A stretch of DNA of 63,343 nucleotides, filler included, from Reclinomonas americana ATCC 50394 (lineage: Eukaryota): NCBI GenBank assembly GCA_048213135.1. It is 13 parts of 13 records of this genome, joined end to end, with 100 filler letters (N's around TTAATTAATTAA, not from the genome) between each part and the next. Parts side by side here need not be neighbours in the genome. Positions count along the whole stretch, not along the records: positions 38,469 to 49,323 come from AFZH01022394.1; positions 49,424 to 56,330 come from AFZH01022395.1; 11 more parts are not named here. One strand, given 5' to 3'. How positions within the stretch are numbered: the first letter of the stretch is position 1; every line of letters starts with the position of its first letter. Shown here piece after piece: positions 39,340 to 52,178 of this stretch. A model generated the notes under the pieces. It worked only from the letters and a program-made list of their open reading frames with translations. It was not told the DNA's origin and did not search any database. The position numbers and the translations under genes were made by a program.

Positions 39340-40655
39340 AGCTCGATGTCGACGAGGACGGCGTGTGCGACATGATGGAGTTCAGCTACTGCATGCAGCT
39401 GCTGATCACGCGCAGCACGATTGGCGAGATTCGCGGTGCGCTCCACATATTTTTCTTTTTTATCACCCCTCTCGCCACTCATTCCTCACCACAGAGCGCT
39501 ACGGCGAGGACGCGGAGCTGCGGCGAGAGGAGGAGGAGGAGCGACGATTGCGCGAGATGAGTGTGGCCAAGCTGCGCGATTACTTTGAGACCGAGGCGTT
39601 TGCGAATGATTGCGCCAGGAGATATGCCGCCGCCGATGTGGATGGGGTGCGTGTGCTTGGTTGGGTGCGCAGCACAAGGGTGTTCTTTTGCTCGCTCATG
39701 CTGTGCACAGTCGGGCGAGTTGGACATGACCGAGGTGCAGGCGCTGTTGTGGGAATTCTGGGGGGAGATGGCGCGCGAGTTGCCGGAGTTGTTGGCGGGG
39801 CAGGAGCCGCCGGATGAGGATGACGTGCGGCATTTGTTTGCTTGTTGCGTGAGGGGGGAAGGTTGGGAGTGGGGAAGGGGGTGGGAAAGGCACGACAGTT
39901 GATTTGCGCTCCGATTCTGCTCTCTCGTCCAAGGAGGCTCTTCGCCTCTCACTTTTTAACTCTGATGGCATTGCACGAGCATCCACATGAAAAGTCTCTA
40001 CGTCCTCCCTTCTACTTCTTACTGTTGATCGCATTGCACGAGCCGCGTATCTCGGCAGTCGCGCAACAAACATCGATGTCCCCTCTGCATCTCTCGTTCT
40101 CGGTGACATGACCTTCCACTTTCGGTCTGTCTGCGTCCCTTATTCACACTAAATGGGTGCATTCTTACCATGAGACTCTGTGTCCTCTCTTTGCATCACT
40201 CTTTCTGTCGCTGAGATGACACAAGTCGCGAAACTCGACAACCCTGCTACGAAGCTGTGTGTATCCCCCTCTTCACCTTTTCTGTCTCTCTGAGTCAACG
40301 ATAACTGAGCAAAATGATATCGCACGAGCCATGTAGCTCGGCAGGCACACCACGAAACTCGTTGTCGCTCTGCACCTCTCGTTTCAGTGACATGACGTTG
40401 CACTTTTGGTGTGTCTTCGTCTTCCCCTCCTGCTCTTCACCTCCTTCTCCTCCCTCCACCCTCTTGACTCCTCATCCCCTTCCCCTCTCAGTGACTGGAC
40501 GAGAGGCAGACGGCATTCTCGATGTGCCTGCCTTCACAGAGCTCATGAAGGAGCTGCTGATTCGCGTTTCCATGGCACGCGAACGCTCAAAACTGGAAGA
40601 CGAGGAAGAAGAGCGGGATGGTGGTGGTGGTGGTGGCGCAAGCAGCAGTTCATGA
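39340..40655 (+). CDS. EF-hand calcium-binding protein, 5'-incomplete, at least four exons
   Basis: EF loops DVDEDGVCDMMEF, DVDG|SGELDMTEV and a degenerate GREADGILDVPAF. Introns are phase-consistent (GTGCGC, GTGCGT and GTTGCG donors); stop TGA at 40653-40655. Confidence 0.75.
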
Positions 40656-40768
40656 ATCTGTTTGCTTGCTTCTCTCTATTCGTCCTTTTCTTTCGCGTCG
40701 TCCTTGGCATCCCTATACATGACAATATCAGACAGAGATGCATGAACACACACAGGACAATCAACAAC

Positions 40769-43700
40769 TCACGGCTTTGGCGCCCGACGGCACCACGACA
40801 GCGGATTGAGCCACGCTAGACAGCGGCGTAGTGCGCTTCCACCTCCACCACCGCCACCACCTGCTCCGCCCTGCACGGCGAACAGTGCAGTCTGAGCCGT
40901 CGTGAGGTCCAGGCTGGCCAGCGACGAGATGAGATCCTCGCGTGTGACAAACTCGCGTCGCACGGGCACGTTTTGCACCAGGCGCACCCCTCGATGGCCG
41001 GTGATCTGCACGCCAAGTGAGCACAGGCGAACAATCTTACGAGGAAAACACTTGGATTGCGAGACGCACGTCTTCCACCCACTGCACGACATCGCTCAGC
41101 GGCTGCTCGACCGCAAACTGCTTTTGGATCGGCGTTCCGTTCCACAGTCGGACCTTGACGACAGTGTGCGTGGGCGGCTCGGGTGCGGCGGCCGGGCGAC
41201 GGCCTCGTGCAGCTGCAGATGCGGCTGCGGCTGGGCGCACCTCCGGTACCACTGATGGTTCGGCGGGCGGGCGGCGCCCACGTGCCGCTGGACGTGCCTC
41301 GGGTTCCACTGGCGGCGACGCCTCTGGCTTAGGAGACGGAGATGCCGCTGGCTTGGCAGCAGCTGGACGCGTCTCTCGCTCTACAGCAGGCTGTGGACGC
41401 TGCAAGGGCGGAAGTGAGGCGTGCAGTGTGGTGGCAGGGCAAAGCTGCAGGCTGGCCAGCGACTTGGACATGTGCGCGGTGGTGAATTTCTTCTTCGGCA
41501 CCGTCTGCGCCAGCTCAAAGCCGGTGGTGGTGGTGGTCTGTGCGGAAAAAATCGAGTGAGAGACAAATAGAGGTGGCGGGAGGGGAGGTATATTACCTCC
41601 TCCACCCAGTTGGCGACCTCTGCCAAGCGGGCAGTGGCTGGGAACTCGCGGCGAATGACGGAAGAGTTCCACAACCGCACGCTGATCATACACTGCGCAA
41701 CGAAACCAAGGGCGGGTGTCAGACCAACGCAAAGGATACGTGAACCCCCTTCTCTTCTGTCTCAGAAATGCCTACTTCCTCACACTCACATATTCCATGC
41801 CCTTCGCAACAACTTCCACCGACAAGAGCAGCTTCTCTCTCCTGCTGTCTCAGACGACCTCGCCCTGACCTTTTCGTTCTGGGTTACCGCTTTCTACGCT
41901 CTCACACTCCTTGTCATATCTCAACAACCACTTCATGTGTGCAGGTGCGCAGCGAACAAAGAGTAACCTATTCCTGTCTCCTAAGAGTCTCCCACCAAGA
42001 ATTTTTCGATCTGATCCTCGAGTTTCTCACCTCTCGCTCTTTCTCAACAACAACCACCAAGGGACAGCTTTCCACTCCTGCTGTCTCAGACGACCCTCCC
42101 TCTCGTTCTGGGCTCTCATTCTCTGTCTGTCTCAACTGCCACCCAACAAGAGAAAATTTCCCTCTCCTTGAATCTCAGAAGTGACTCTTGCAGTCTCTGT
42201 CTTCCCCATTAATTTTGTCACTCTCCCCCACTCCTCTCTTCTCCTCTTTCCCTTCCCTTTTCTCCCTCTCTCCTCTTCTCTCTCCCTTCGCCTTTTCTTT
42301 CCTTTCCTTCCCTTTCCCTCTTCCCTTTCCACACACCGTAGCTGCTGCCGCCGTCGACGGAATCTCGGACGCAGGCGCAGCAGCGCTGGCGGCTGCTCGC
42401 GCCCTCGGATGCCTCTCCTATTCACCCCACGGACGGTGTGAGCCGACAAAGAGGAAAGGGAATGAGTGAGCATGCTGCTCACCGATGATGGATACTGTCG
42501 AGCAGGCTGTGCAGGATGAGCAATTATGTGAGACACGGAAAACAGAGTAGAATGTCTGACACTACGATACGCACCGCAGCAGGTGGCGGCTGCACACGCA
42601 CAGAAACAAGGCATGAGATTCACCGAGCACGCAACAGAAGAGAGAGAGAAAGAGAACTCACCATTGAACTCGAGGAACCACCCTGCATCGAAGCAATCAG
42701 CATCATACGCCACGCCAATGAAGGAGACAGGTCTCGAGCACTCACCACTCCTCTTGGCGACGCGTCTCTCGATCTCGGCGACGCGTCTCTCGATCTTGGT
42801 GACGAATCCCACGATCTCGGCGAAATGTCGCCCGCTCTCCTCGGCGACGACTCGGCCGACCTGGTAGGCTGCATCGCAGGAAGCAAAAAGTCAGTCGCCA
42901 CTCACACCTCTGAGAATCACTTTTTCGCACCGATGGTGGCACCGTCACCGTCTGCGCAGAGAGGGAATGAGTGCCACAATAATCAACACAAGCTGCAGCA
43001 AACACATTTCCCCACCGGCAACAAGCCAGCCCCTCGCGCCTGCAGCATCCACAAGAGCAAAATGAGTACAGTATGCGCATACACACAAAATTCAGGGGTG
43101 CAACAGTCTCACCAATGGCGATTCCTCGGGCACAACAATCGGCGCACGCTGCGAAGCCTCCATGGCCACCTGCCGCTCCTCCGCCTCCAGGTAGGGTGCC
43201 AGCAGCGGCGCGGCGAGTGCCACCTTGCGACGCACCGTGGCAATCGCTCGCCGCAGGCTGCGTTAAAGCGTGAGAACCTATGTGAAGGAACGCACGCAGA
43301 GACAAGTGAGCGCAACTTGTCGCGCTCAAGACTCCTCGCCGACACGTTCTTCATCATGCGCAGCTGCGCGTCGCTGTAGGCAAGTGGAAGTGAGCAGAGG
43401 GGAGGAAAGAGGAAGAGAGGAGGAGGGAGAGGGACTCGACTTGGCGACACGAAGGGCGCGATCGAAGACGGCCGGGTCAATGTCGCACGGGTAGCGGACC
43501 TCGACTTCTTGCCCTTCGGAGTTGAAGCAGTGAACGGAGGGGAAGCCGCGGGGGGTGCCTGGGAGGGGGAGGGAGGAAGGGTGAGGAGGAGGAGGGAGGA
43601 GGAGAGGGTGAGGGAATAAGGGGAGGAGGGAGGCAATAGCGAAGATGGAGAGGGGTGAGACAGAGAGAGAAGGGAGCAAGGGAGGGAGGAGGGTAAGAAA

Positions 43701-44207
43701 GGAAGAAGACAGGACGATACAGTGCGGCCAACATGAACGCCGGAAGAGAAGACACGAGAGAGCGAGCGAGCGAGAGAGAGAGAGAGAAAAGGAAAGAAGA
43801 CAGGCCCAGACAAGACACAGAATGCAGGGAGCCCGTGAATGCATCAAGAGAAAACGAGGAGGGAGAGAGAGAGCGAGAGAGAGAAGAAGATAGGCGCTTG
43901 ACAGTGCAACAAGACCGTGCGTAGGGACAAGTACGACAACTAAGTGCCACCTAAACCAATCAAGGAGACGACCAAACAGAGAGAGACGCAACACTTCTTG
44001 CGGAGTTGCGGGCACTCGTCAGCGGGCTTGATAATGACACCAATGGCGTGCACCGCAGGCTGTGAACATGAGAGAGAGAGAGAGTGTGTGTCAGAGAGAG
44101 AGAAGGAAGAGAGAGAGAGACTGACAATATGTCTCTCGTTCACACACTGCACCACTCGCCCTCACCTTCTCTCTCTCTCTCACACACACACACTCTTTCT
44201 TCTTTCT

Positions 44208-44270
<63 letters not shown>

Positions 44271-44523
44271 TCTTTCTCTCCCACACACAAACCATTGCTG
44301 CTGTCTCCACACACGCTGTGCATCTGCGCATGGCGTCACGCACTCGAGCCTCCGCACTCTCGTCCTCTGTGAGTGTTGCACACGTGTAAGTCTCTCTCAT
44401 GACATGCACTCAAGAGAGAGAGAGAGAGAGCAAGTGTCGCGCACTGATGAATATGACAAAGAGCAGACGTGCTTCCGTGTGCGCGATGCGATAGGCCTCG
44501 TCGAAGGTGTCCGCGCACTCCAT
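40769..44523 (-). CDS. UBXN4-like p97/Cdc48 adaptor: N-terminal thioredoxin-like (UAS) domain + two UBX domains
   Basis: N-terminus MECADTFDEAYRIAHTEARLLFVIFI...FPSVHCFNSEGQEVEV. UBX1: ISVRLWNSSVIRREFPATARLAEVANWVEE...FELAQTVPKKKFT...SLASLQLCP. UBX2: VKVRLWNGTPIQKQFAVEQPLSDVVQWVED...LVQNVPVRREF...SLASLDLT. C-terminal Trp-rich amphipathic segment. Confidence 0.75.
44210..44268. repeat. (CT)n microsatellite in an intron
   Basis: Pure dinucleotide run. Confidence 0.9.
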
Positions 44524-44806
44524 GATTGTTTGGAATGGAAACCCGGCAAATCCTGGCAAATCGCGCATGACAGGTTTGATATGCGCTGCGTCGCTGCCGC
44601 TGGTGCGTTGACACTGAGGTAGAAACGCGAGTAATCGATCCGACCGACAATCTGCATATCGATAGTTTGTCGATGATGTGGCATTGCACTACTCTGCGAC
44701 TAATAATCATGAATTCGAAGACCGGATCCGGATATCAAAGATCTTGCAGTTCACTGCCTCAGCTCTCTTCATCTTCCTCTTGCTTCACCCTTGCCACAGT
44801 TGCAAG

Positions 44807-47135
44807 TTAGGCGCGATTGAGGATTGCCCGCAGCCTCTGAAGCAGCTGCTTTTCCTTGGTCTCGAAATCCGGCCCAGAGCGGTACTCAGCGTCCGAGTCC
44901 TCCAGCCAGCGCTGCACGTCCGACACGGTTCCGCTGATGGACAAAGCCAGCTGCTCCAACTTGCGTTCGGCGTTCTTCTTGCACGCCTTCTCTTCCTCCA
45001 AATCACGCTCGACGTCGCGGTAAGTTCTGGCTCTCTGCCGCACGTTGTCTCTCCGGCGCGACGTCCGGCCACCAATGTCGCCGGAGAAGCGACCAGCAGT
45101 AGAGTCAGCCACGTAGGTCGCATCATCATCCTCTTCGTCGACTTCTTCCCCTTGGTACGTAGCCAGGACCGACCGAGTCTCTCGAGTCAGCTCCGCTTTC
45201 TTGGCCTCAACCTCCTCCAGCGAATGGTACTCCACGTCCTCCAGCCAGCGCAACACATCAGACGCAGCATCGTTTACCGATGAGGCCAGCTGCTCGAGCT
45301 TGACCTTGGCGTTCTGATCCTTGCGCACGTGCGGCCTGGAGGCGGAAGGCGCAGGAATACTGCGTGAAGTCTGCGAATTATGTACCAACGACATCGCAGA
45401 GGTCTCCGACCGAGGCCGGTGCCTTGCAAAGCTGGCCGACTCTTTCGTGATGAAAATCTTGTTTTCCTTGCCCGTCGACTTGTCCTTGGCCGACACCTCC
45501 AGAATGCCGTCGGCCGACAGGTCGAAGGTGACCGCAATCTCCGGACAGCCGCGAGGCGCCGGTGGGATGCCCGACAGCTCAATTATGCCAAGCAGGCGGT
45601 TGTCCTTGGTCTTGGCACGCTCGCCCTCAAACACCTGAATCAGCACGCTGCTCTGGTTGTCGGCAAGGGTGCTAAAGGTCTCCGACTTCTTGCACGGAAT
45701 GGCCGAGTTGCGGTTGATGAGATTCATCATCACACCGCCGGCCGTCTCAATGCCAAGCGACAGCGGCGCCACGTCGATCAGCAACAGGCCCTTGGTGGCC
45801 TCCGACCCGGTACCAGTGAATATGGCAGCCAGCACGGCAGCGCCGTAGGCGACGGCCTCGTCGGGATTGATACTCTTGCACAACTCCTTGCCGTTGAAGT
45901 AGTTGCGCAGGAGCTCCTGCACCTTCGGGATGCGGCTGGACCCGCCGACAAGCACCACCTCGTGCACCTCGCCCTTGCTCAGCTTCGAATCGCGCAGCAC
46001 TTTCTCCACGGGGTCAATGCATTTGCGGAAGAGGTCGATGTTGAGCTCCTCGAAACGGGCGCGGGTGATGGACGAGTTGAGGTCGACGCCCTCGCCTAGC
46101 GTATCAATGAACATCGCTGTGACAAGCTGCGACGAGAGTTCGCGCTTGGAGCGTTCGCATGCCGTGCGCAGGCGGCGAATGGCCCGTGGGTTGCTGCTAA
46201 TGTCCTGCTTGTGCTTGCGCTTGACCTCCTCCACAAAGTGGTTCACCATGCGGTTGTCAAAGTCCTCGCCGCCCAAGTGAGTGTCACCGGCCGCGGCCTT
46301 GACCTCGAACACGCCCTCGTCCAGCGTCAGCAGCGACACATCCAAAGTGCCACCGCCCAGGTCGACGATGAGAACATTGTGCTCACCCGGAACCCACGGA
46401 TGCAACGGGAGGCCATACGCAATGGCGGCGGCCGTCGGCGCGTTCATAACACGAAGCACTTCGAGGCCGGCGATCAGGCAGGCATCCCGTATGGCCACGC
46501 GCTGATCCTCGTTGAAGTAGGCCGGCACTGTGACCACGGCCTTGGTGACCTTCTTGCCGAGGTAGGTTTCGGCCGTCTCCTTCAGCTTGACGAGTACGAT
46601 GGCCGTGATCTCCTCGGCCGAGAACTGCTTGGTCTCGTTCTGGTACATGACCTCGACCATGGGCTTGTCATCCGGGCCCTGCACGACACAGAACGGCCAC
46701 AGCACCTTGTCGGCCTGCACCGTCGGGTCGCTGAACTTGCGGCCAATCAGGCGCATCGCATCAAACACTGAAGGAGGAGAACCGACAAATTAAGCACAAC
46801 GAGACAAGTGATCGCGCGTGCTGACAATGTCAATGACGACGCACCAGTGTTGCGCGGGTTCATGGCAGCAATGCTCTTTGCATCCTCGCCAACCATGAGC
46901 TCTGTCTCCGTAAAGCTGACGTACGACGGCGCGGTGCGGTTGCCGTGCTCATTGGGAATGATTGTGACGCTGTTGTTCTCCTGCGGGTGAGAAAGAGAGT
47001 GAGCAAGTGAGTAAAGAGACAGAGTGTGTGTGCATGAATTGAGGGACGTGAACACACCCACACTGCCACACATGAGTAGGAAGTTCCGAGATCAATGCCG
47101 ATGGCTCCCTCGTACTCAGCCATGACTGTTGCCAT
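44807..47135 (-). CDS. HSP70: Divergent cytosolic-type Hsp70; three exons (47135-~47058, 46981-~46845, ~46767-44807)
   Basis: Motifs [82 protein letters not shown] and [18 protein letters not shown]. Both introns join in frame. Confidence 0.95.
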
Positions 47136-47795
47136 TGTGTGTGCGCGTGCGTACGTTGCAGTTCAGTTTGCTAGGCCTTGCTAATGTCTGGTGGGCTGAG
47201 TTGGAAACCCGGCGACTGTCGCAGTGGTGTGTGGCCGGCTTTTGTCACATTCCACACACGGTGGTTTCAGCGTTGCATTTCGCGGCATTCGCGCACTGTG
47301 CGAAGTGCACTCTTTCGCTCACCTTTCTCGTGATGTTACCAGAGTGCACATTCGCAACAGGAGCGGATACTGTCACGGGAACAATGACACGTGTTCATCT
47401 CTCTGACACTTGCTTGTCATGATCAGCTGGCAGGTTTCAGTGCATGTGCACAAACGAAAGAGAGAGAGAGGCAGTACATGATGTATGTGTGTGTGCGCGC
47501 GCGTGTGTGTGTGTGTTTGTGTGTGGACAGTTGTCGACACGTCATCGCGATCGGCCAATCAGTCTTTGACTTCATGGCGACTTCAAGGCCTCATTTTCCT
47601 CTTCCTTTGTACCACATACCACCCCCGTTCTCCACTCCTTTCGTCTCCACTTCAATCCCACCACTCCTCCTTTCCTCCTTTCCTCCATCGACAATTTATG
47701 TAAACCCCATACTGTACAGAAACGCATGACTCACTCCGTTTCTCTCCTTCTCCCCTTTCCAAAAACGGCCGCCACTCCCCCACCCACCCCACCCC

Positions 47796-50700
47796 ATGAG
47801 TCTCTTCGACGACTCACCCACCGCCGACTCCCTCTCCACCTCCTCCTGGGACTCGCCACCAGAGCTCACCAAACAACACCAGAAGCAACAACAACAACAA
47901 CAACAACGCACCAAGCGAGCCACCGGAAACGTGTTCCAGCGACTGACTGCGCGCCCTCCACCGCCCATCTATGAATCCGAAGCGCTCAACCGACCAACAA
48001 CACCACCCAATGCGCTGGAGAGACGAGAAATGGAGTTGCGTGCCGGCCTCATGTATATATTTGGTATTGATTGCCAGCTCCTGATATCTCTCATCACAGG
48101 CTGGCCCGAGAGAGGATGCGGGAGGATGTGAGTCTCTGTCTTCCGCTCACAACGTGGAGGGTTTGTGAGCTTGTGAGTGCTGATCGTTGTTGCGCAGGAG
48201 GCCATTCGGCTGGCGGCCGATGTATTTGCCAGGCAGACTGGCTCGATGCGACGGCCGTCTGGCTTGCTGCCCAAGTCGTGGTCGGTGAGTGTGTCGACAT
48301 GCAGTCGACTTCCCTGAGTCTTCTCTGTCCTCCTTTCACCTCACCGCACTGTTCGACCTCATCCCTTTCACACAATTCCTTCCCTTCTCTTCCCGCTTCA
48401 CCCATACCTCTTCGCCCTTCCATTCCCCTTCTCGTCGTTTCCTTCACCATTCTCCTTCCCTTTCCATCATTAGCATTCCTCATGTCGCCCTCCTCCTTTT
48501 TCTCGTTCTTGTCTTCGCCCTTCTCCCTGCGCCCTTCAATCTGCATTCCTCCTTTCCCCCTGCATTCTTCCCCTCGTCGCCCTTCTCCTCCTCCTGTCGC
48601 TTTTCTCTTTCTCCCTTGCCGGGCCCCATCTCGCATGTCCTCTTTTCCTTCCGCACTCATTCTCCCTCCTTCCTGCATGACCCTTCACCCTTCTCTCTTC
48701 ACTCTTCCCTGACCCTGTCATTTTTCTTCTCATCGCCCCTGTCACCTTTCCCGTTCACCCTTCCCCCTGCATTCCTCCCCTCTTCACTCTTCCCTCGTCG
48801 CCATGTTCTTCCTCCTTTTACTTTTCACTTTCTCCCTTCCCTCTTTCCCAACTCCTCTTTTCTTTTTTTCGCTTCCTACCTCTCTGTGCTCTTTTTTTCT
48901 TTTCTCCCTTTCCTTTCTCACCCACCCTTCCCCTTCTTCCTTTTCCCTTCTCCTTTCCCCCCCTCGCAGACCTCCCTCAACGTCCCCCGCGAAACCACCA
49001 ACGACTCCACCTTTCACCGCTCGCTGGTGGAGGACGACGACTCGGTACTCAACGACGACCTCATCGCCCGCCGCCGTCGCCTGCAACTGGAACGCGTACA
49101 CTCACCCTCCCACGACGGCGGGGACGGATACTCGGAAATCGCCGGCAACTCACTGTACGAGGAGGCGTTGCAGCGAGTGCGGGAGATGCACGAGGCGCAA
49201 AAGGACAGCAAGCGCACGCACCAAGAGCTCCTGTATCGCTTCACGAGGACGCTGCGCGAGCGAGAGGGTGCTCGTTGCGTTCCATGTCTTTCCCCCACGC
49301 TCTCCATCGCCTTTCTCTCACTTNNNNNNNNNNNNNNNNNNNNNNNNNNNNNNNNNNNNNNNNNNNNTTAATTAATTAANNNNNNNNNNNNNNNNNNNNN
49401 NNNNNNNNNNNNNNNNNNNNNNNTGTGTCGTCGCGGCCGCTGTCGCCGGAAACGGCCGCACGCTCGCAGCACACACCACCACGCTTGCGGCCGTACGAGC
49501 CACCGTCGTCCATGGATATTGGCCCAGCGCACGGGTACACCACGCGAGTCGACGACGCCAAACTCAAGTTTGTGCGTTCTGCTATGGTGGAAAAAGGTTA
49601 GCTGCTGCGCGCCAGGGGGAAGGCGCTGGCTAGCACTCACTCTTTGTGTGTCGCAGAAATGACGGCACGCCAACAGCGCCTGGCCATGCTCCCTCTTGTA
49701 CACCGCTTGCGGCGAACCACTGGCGGTGAGACTCCGAGTTGCCGAGCACTTTCGCTCCCGCGCCCACCCTCACTCACCATTCGCATTCCAGGAAAGCCAC
49801 GAGTGCGCGACTGTCGTTGCGACGGATGCACACACGGCCTGCCGTGCTTGAATCCACGCACTCCCGCCGTGTTTGCCGTCGTGGATGACCCGCGTGGTTG
49901 CGTCATCTCCCGCCCCGCCCGCCCACCCGCACCTTTCTCATCTCGTTGTTACGCCCAGACATTGCCAAGATGCGTCCGGACTCGCGCCTGCTGGAGGCCC
50001 GCGGCAAGCTGGACGGCGACCCGTCGCAGTCACTTGACAGCGCCGTGCTGCAGTGGCTGTGCTCGGAGGAGGCCAACGGACTGGGTGCGGCCGACCAGAC
50101 CGCCGACCGGCAAGTGCGCGTACGAGACTATCGCCGACTGTTTCTGGAGACCAAGGCCGACGGGAGGTGGAAGCAGACGTCGACGTGGCGCACCATGCTC
50201 GCCACCAACAACACGCTGCGCCTGCGCAAGCTGCCATCGTTGCGGCGTCGCTTTGCAGCGGCGGCGGCTGCTTTCGGAGAGGGCGATGTAGCAGAAGAAG
50301 GAGGAGGAGGGGGCGAGCAAGTGTCAACATCGCCGACCGCCACTGCGGCCGCTGGTACGACAATGGCGACGTCGATGGCAGGTGGCACGGAGACCATGGT
50401 CGGTGGCGGTGGCGGGGACACGGTCACGGAATTCACGGCCGAGCCGTCGGTGTTGGCACGCGAGATGCTCAGTCTACTGGAGCAGATCGACAGCGAGGAA
50501 GAGGAGGAGGATGACGAGGAGGAGGCTGCAGTGGCGAAGAAAGCAGCGATGGAATTGCCAACATCAGCCGCACCACCACCACCACCACCTGAACCTTCCG
50601 CCTCGTCTCCGAACATGGCGAAAAAGGCGGGTGTCTCGTGGAAGCCACCCGCTGACCGTCTGCACGCCAGCGAGATCATCGACGACTGGTTCACGGGGCA

Positions 50701-51724
50701 AGGCATTGGGCTGCGGTGCAGCAGCCTCAATTCGTGGCTCGTGCACCCGCCACACGCGACCACAACCACCACAGCAACAGCAGCGGCAGCGGCAGCGCGA
50801 AACATGCCTCGCCCGGAGTCTCCCGAACGAGCGCCGGCATACACCAGTGGCTCGCTGGATCCGCAGTGGCGCGTCAGCGAATCGCCCGTCGTGCAGCATA
50901 CGCTGGCCGACGAGCTCGACATGCAGCGCGCCCACTCACGAGCACAGCGCCTGGCCAAGCACACTCGCTCGCGTTCCACAACCCCCGTCGCCGCCGCACT
51001 GCGACCGCCTCTATCGCCGCAGTCGCCACCCGTGGCGCGCGCACCGAAAAAGGTGCTGCAAAAGTCGACAGCGAAGCAGGTGCATTCGCGCTCCATGAGT
51101 GCAGCGGCCGCGCCGTGGGCCACAGATGCGGTTGGCGCCGACGAGCATGAAGACGCCAGCTGGTCACCGGACTGGTGGGTGTCGACACCCAACGCCTTTC
51201 TCACCTCCACAGAGGACAACGACGGTGCACTGGACGAGAGTGCGGTGGCGGCGGTGCCACCGGCGGCAGCCGATCCAGTCGCGCGCCCAGCACCTGTGCC
51301 TGCACGCGGTGGTGGCAAGAGGCCACCGCTGCCACCCGATGCACCACCACCACCACCAGCCGCTGCAGCCGTCGCTGCCGCCAGCGCCGCGGTCGAAGCG
51401 GCAGCAGAGCGTGTTCGCCTGCTGCTCAGCCTGCCCTCGCTGGCGCCATCGTACGTCAGCCCGCCGCCAGCGCTCGAGCCTCTGCCCGTACACACCGTGC
51501 ACAAGCCTGTGCCGCTACTCCCCAAGAGTCACGGACAGGTGGTGCACATGCTGGATGAGCGGCAACGTGCGCGACAGCGGCAGCAGCGAGGCCACTCGGG
51601 GTCGCCCACGCGCCCGCCGCGCGGTCAGTCACCAACAACACAATTGCCGCCTCGCTCGCACAGCAGTTTGGCTTTCAACACGCTGACGGCGTCGGGAATT
51701 CTTGATAGGAGTGCGAGCAAGTGA
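47796..51724 (+). CDS. Hypothetical multi-exon low-complexity (Pro/Ala/Ser-rich) protein spanning one contig gap
   Basis: ATG at 47796 (MSLFDDSPT...). Further coding-like exons at ~48198-48283, ~48970-49273 and ~49792-49896, and a ~1.76-kb terminal exon (49959-51724) joined in frame (DDPR|DIAKMRP). Confidence 0.6.
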
Positions 51725-52178
51725 TGAGGAAGAAGAGGGAGGGAGGGAGGGAGGGAGGGAGTGAATAATGAATAATAAATAATGAGAGACAAGGAGAAGG
51801 GGACAGGAGAGAGAGAAGGCGGGAAGAGCGACAAGTGAGTGGGACGAAGGAGGAGAGAGAAACGGAGAAGAGAGAGAGAGACATGGCAAGAGGGAGGGTG
51901 AGAGAAGAAGGCAGCGACAAAAAGAAAAGCAGAGGAGAGAGAAGTCAAGTGCACGAAACCGACGACAGGAAGGAAGAGAGTCAAGGACGACATCGCATTG
52001 TGGTGAGCACAACAAGGAAGCAGAAACAAGAACGAGAGAAAGAGACAGCAGAGGGCGAAAGTGAATGAGAGGACCGGCCACAGCAAGGGAGAAGGAAGCC
52101 GAACCCCACTTAATCAAGACAGCGGAGTGCACGCAGTTCATTGGCTTCCCCTTGCGCACCACATTACCACCAACTTCG

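Noticed and set aside
30334..47135. Apparent proteostasis cluster (RMND5, UBX adaptor, Hsp70)
   Set aside because: Eukaryotic genes spread over several contigs with unrelated genes between them; no evidence of functional clustering.
47058..47135. Taxonomic assignment from the Hsp70 N-terminus ([10 protein letters not shown], reminiscent of Discoba-type Hsp70s)
   Set aside because: Too short, and from a divergent paralogue; needs a phylogeny.
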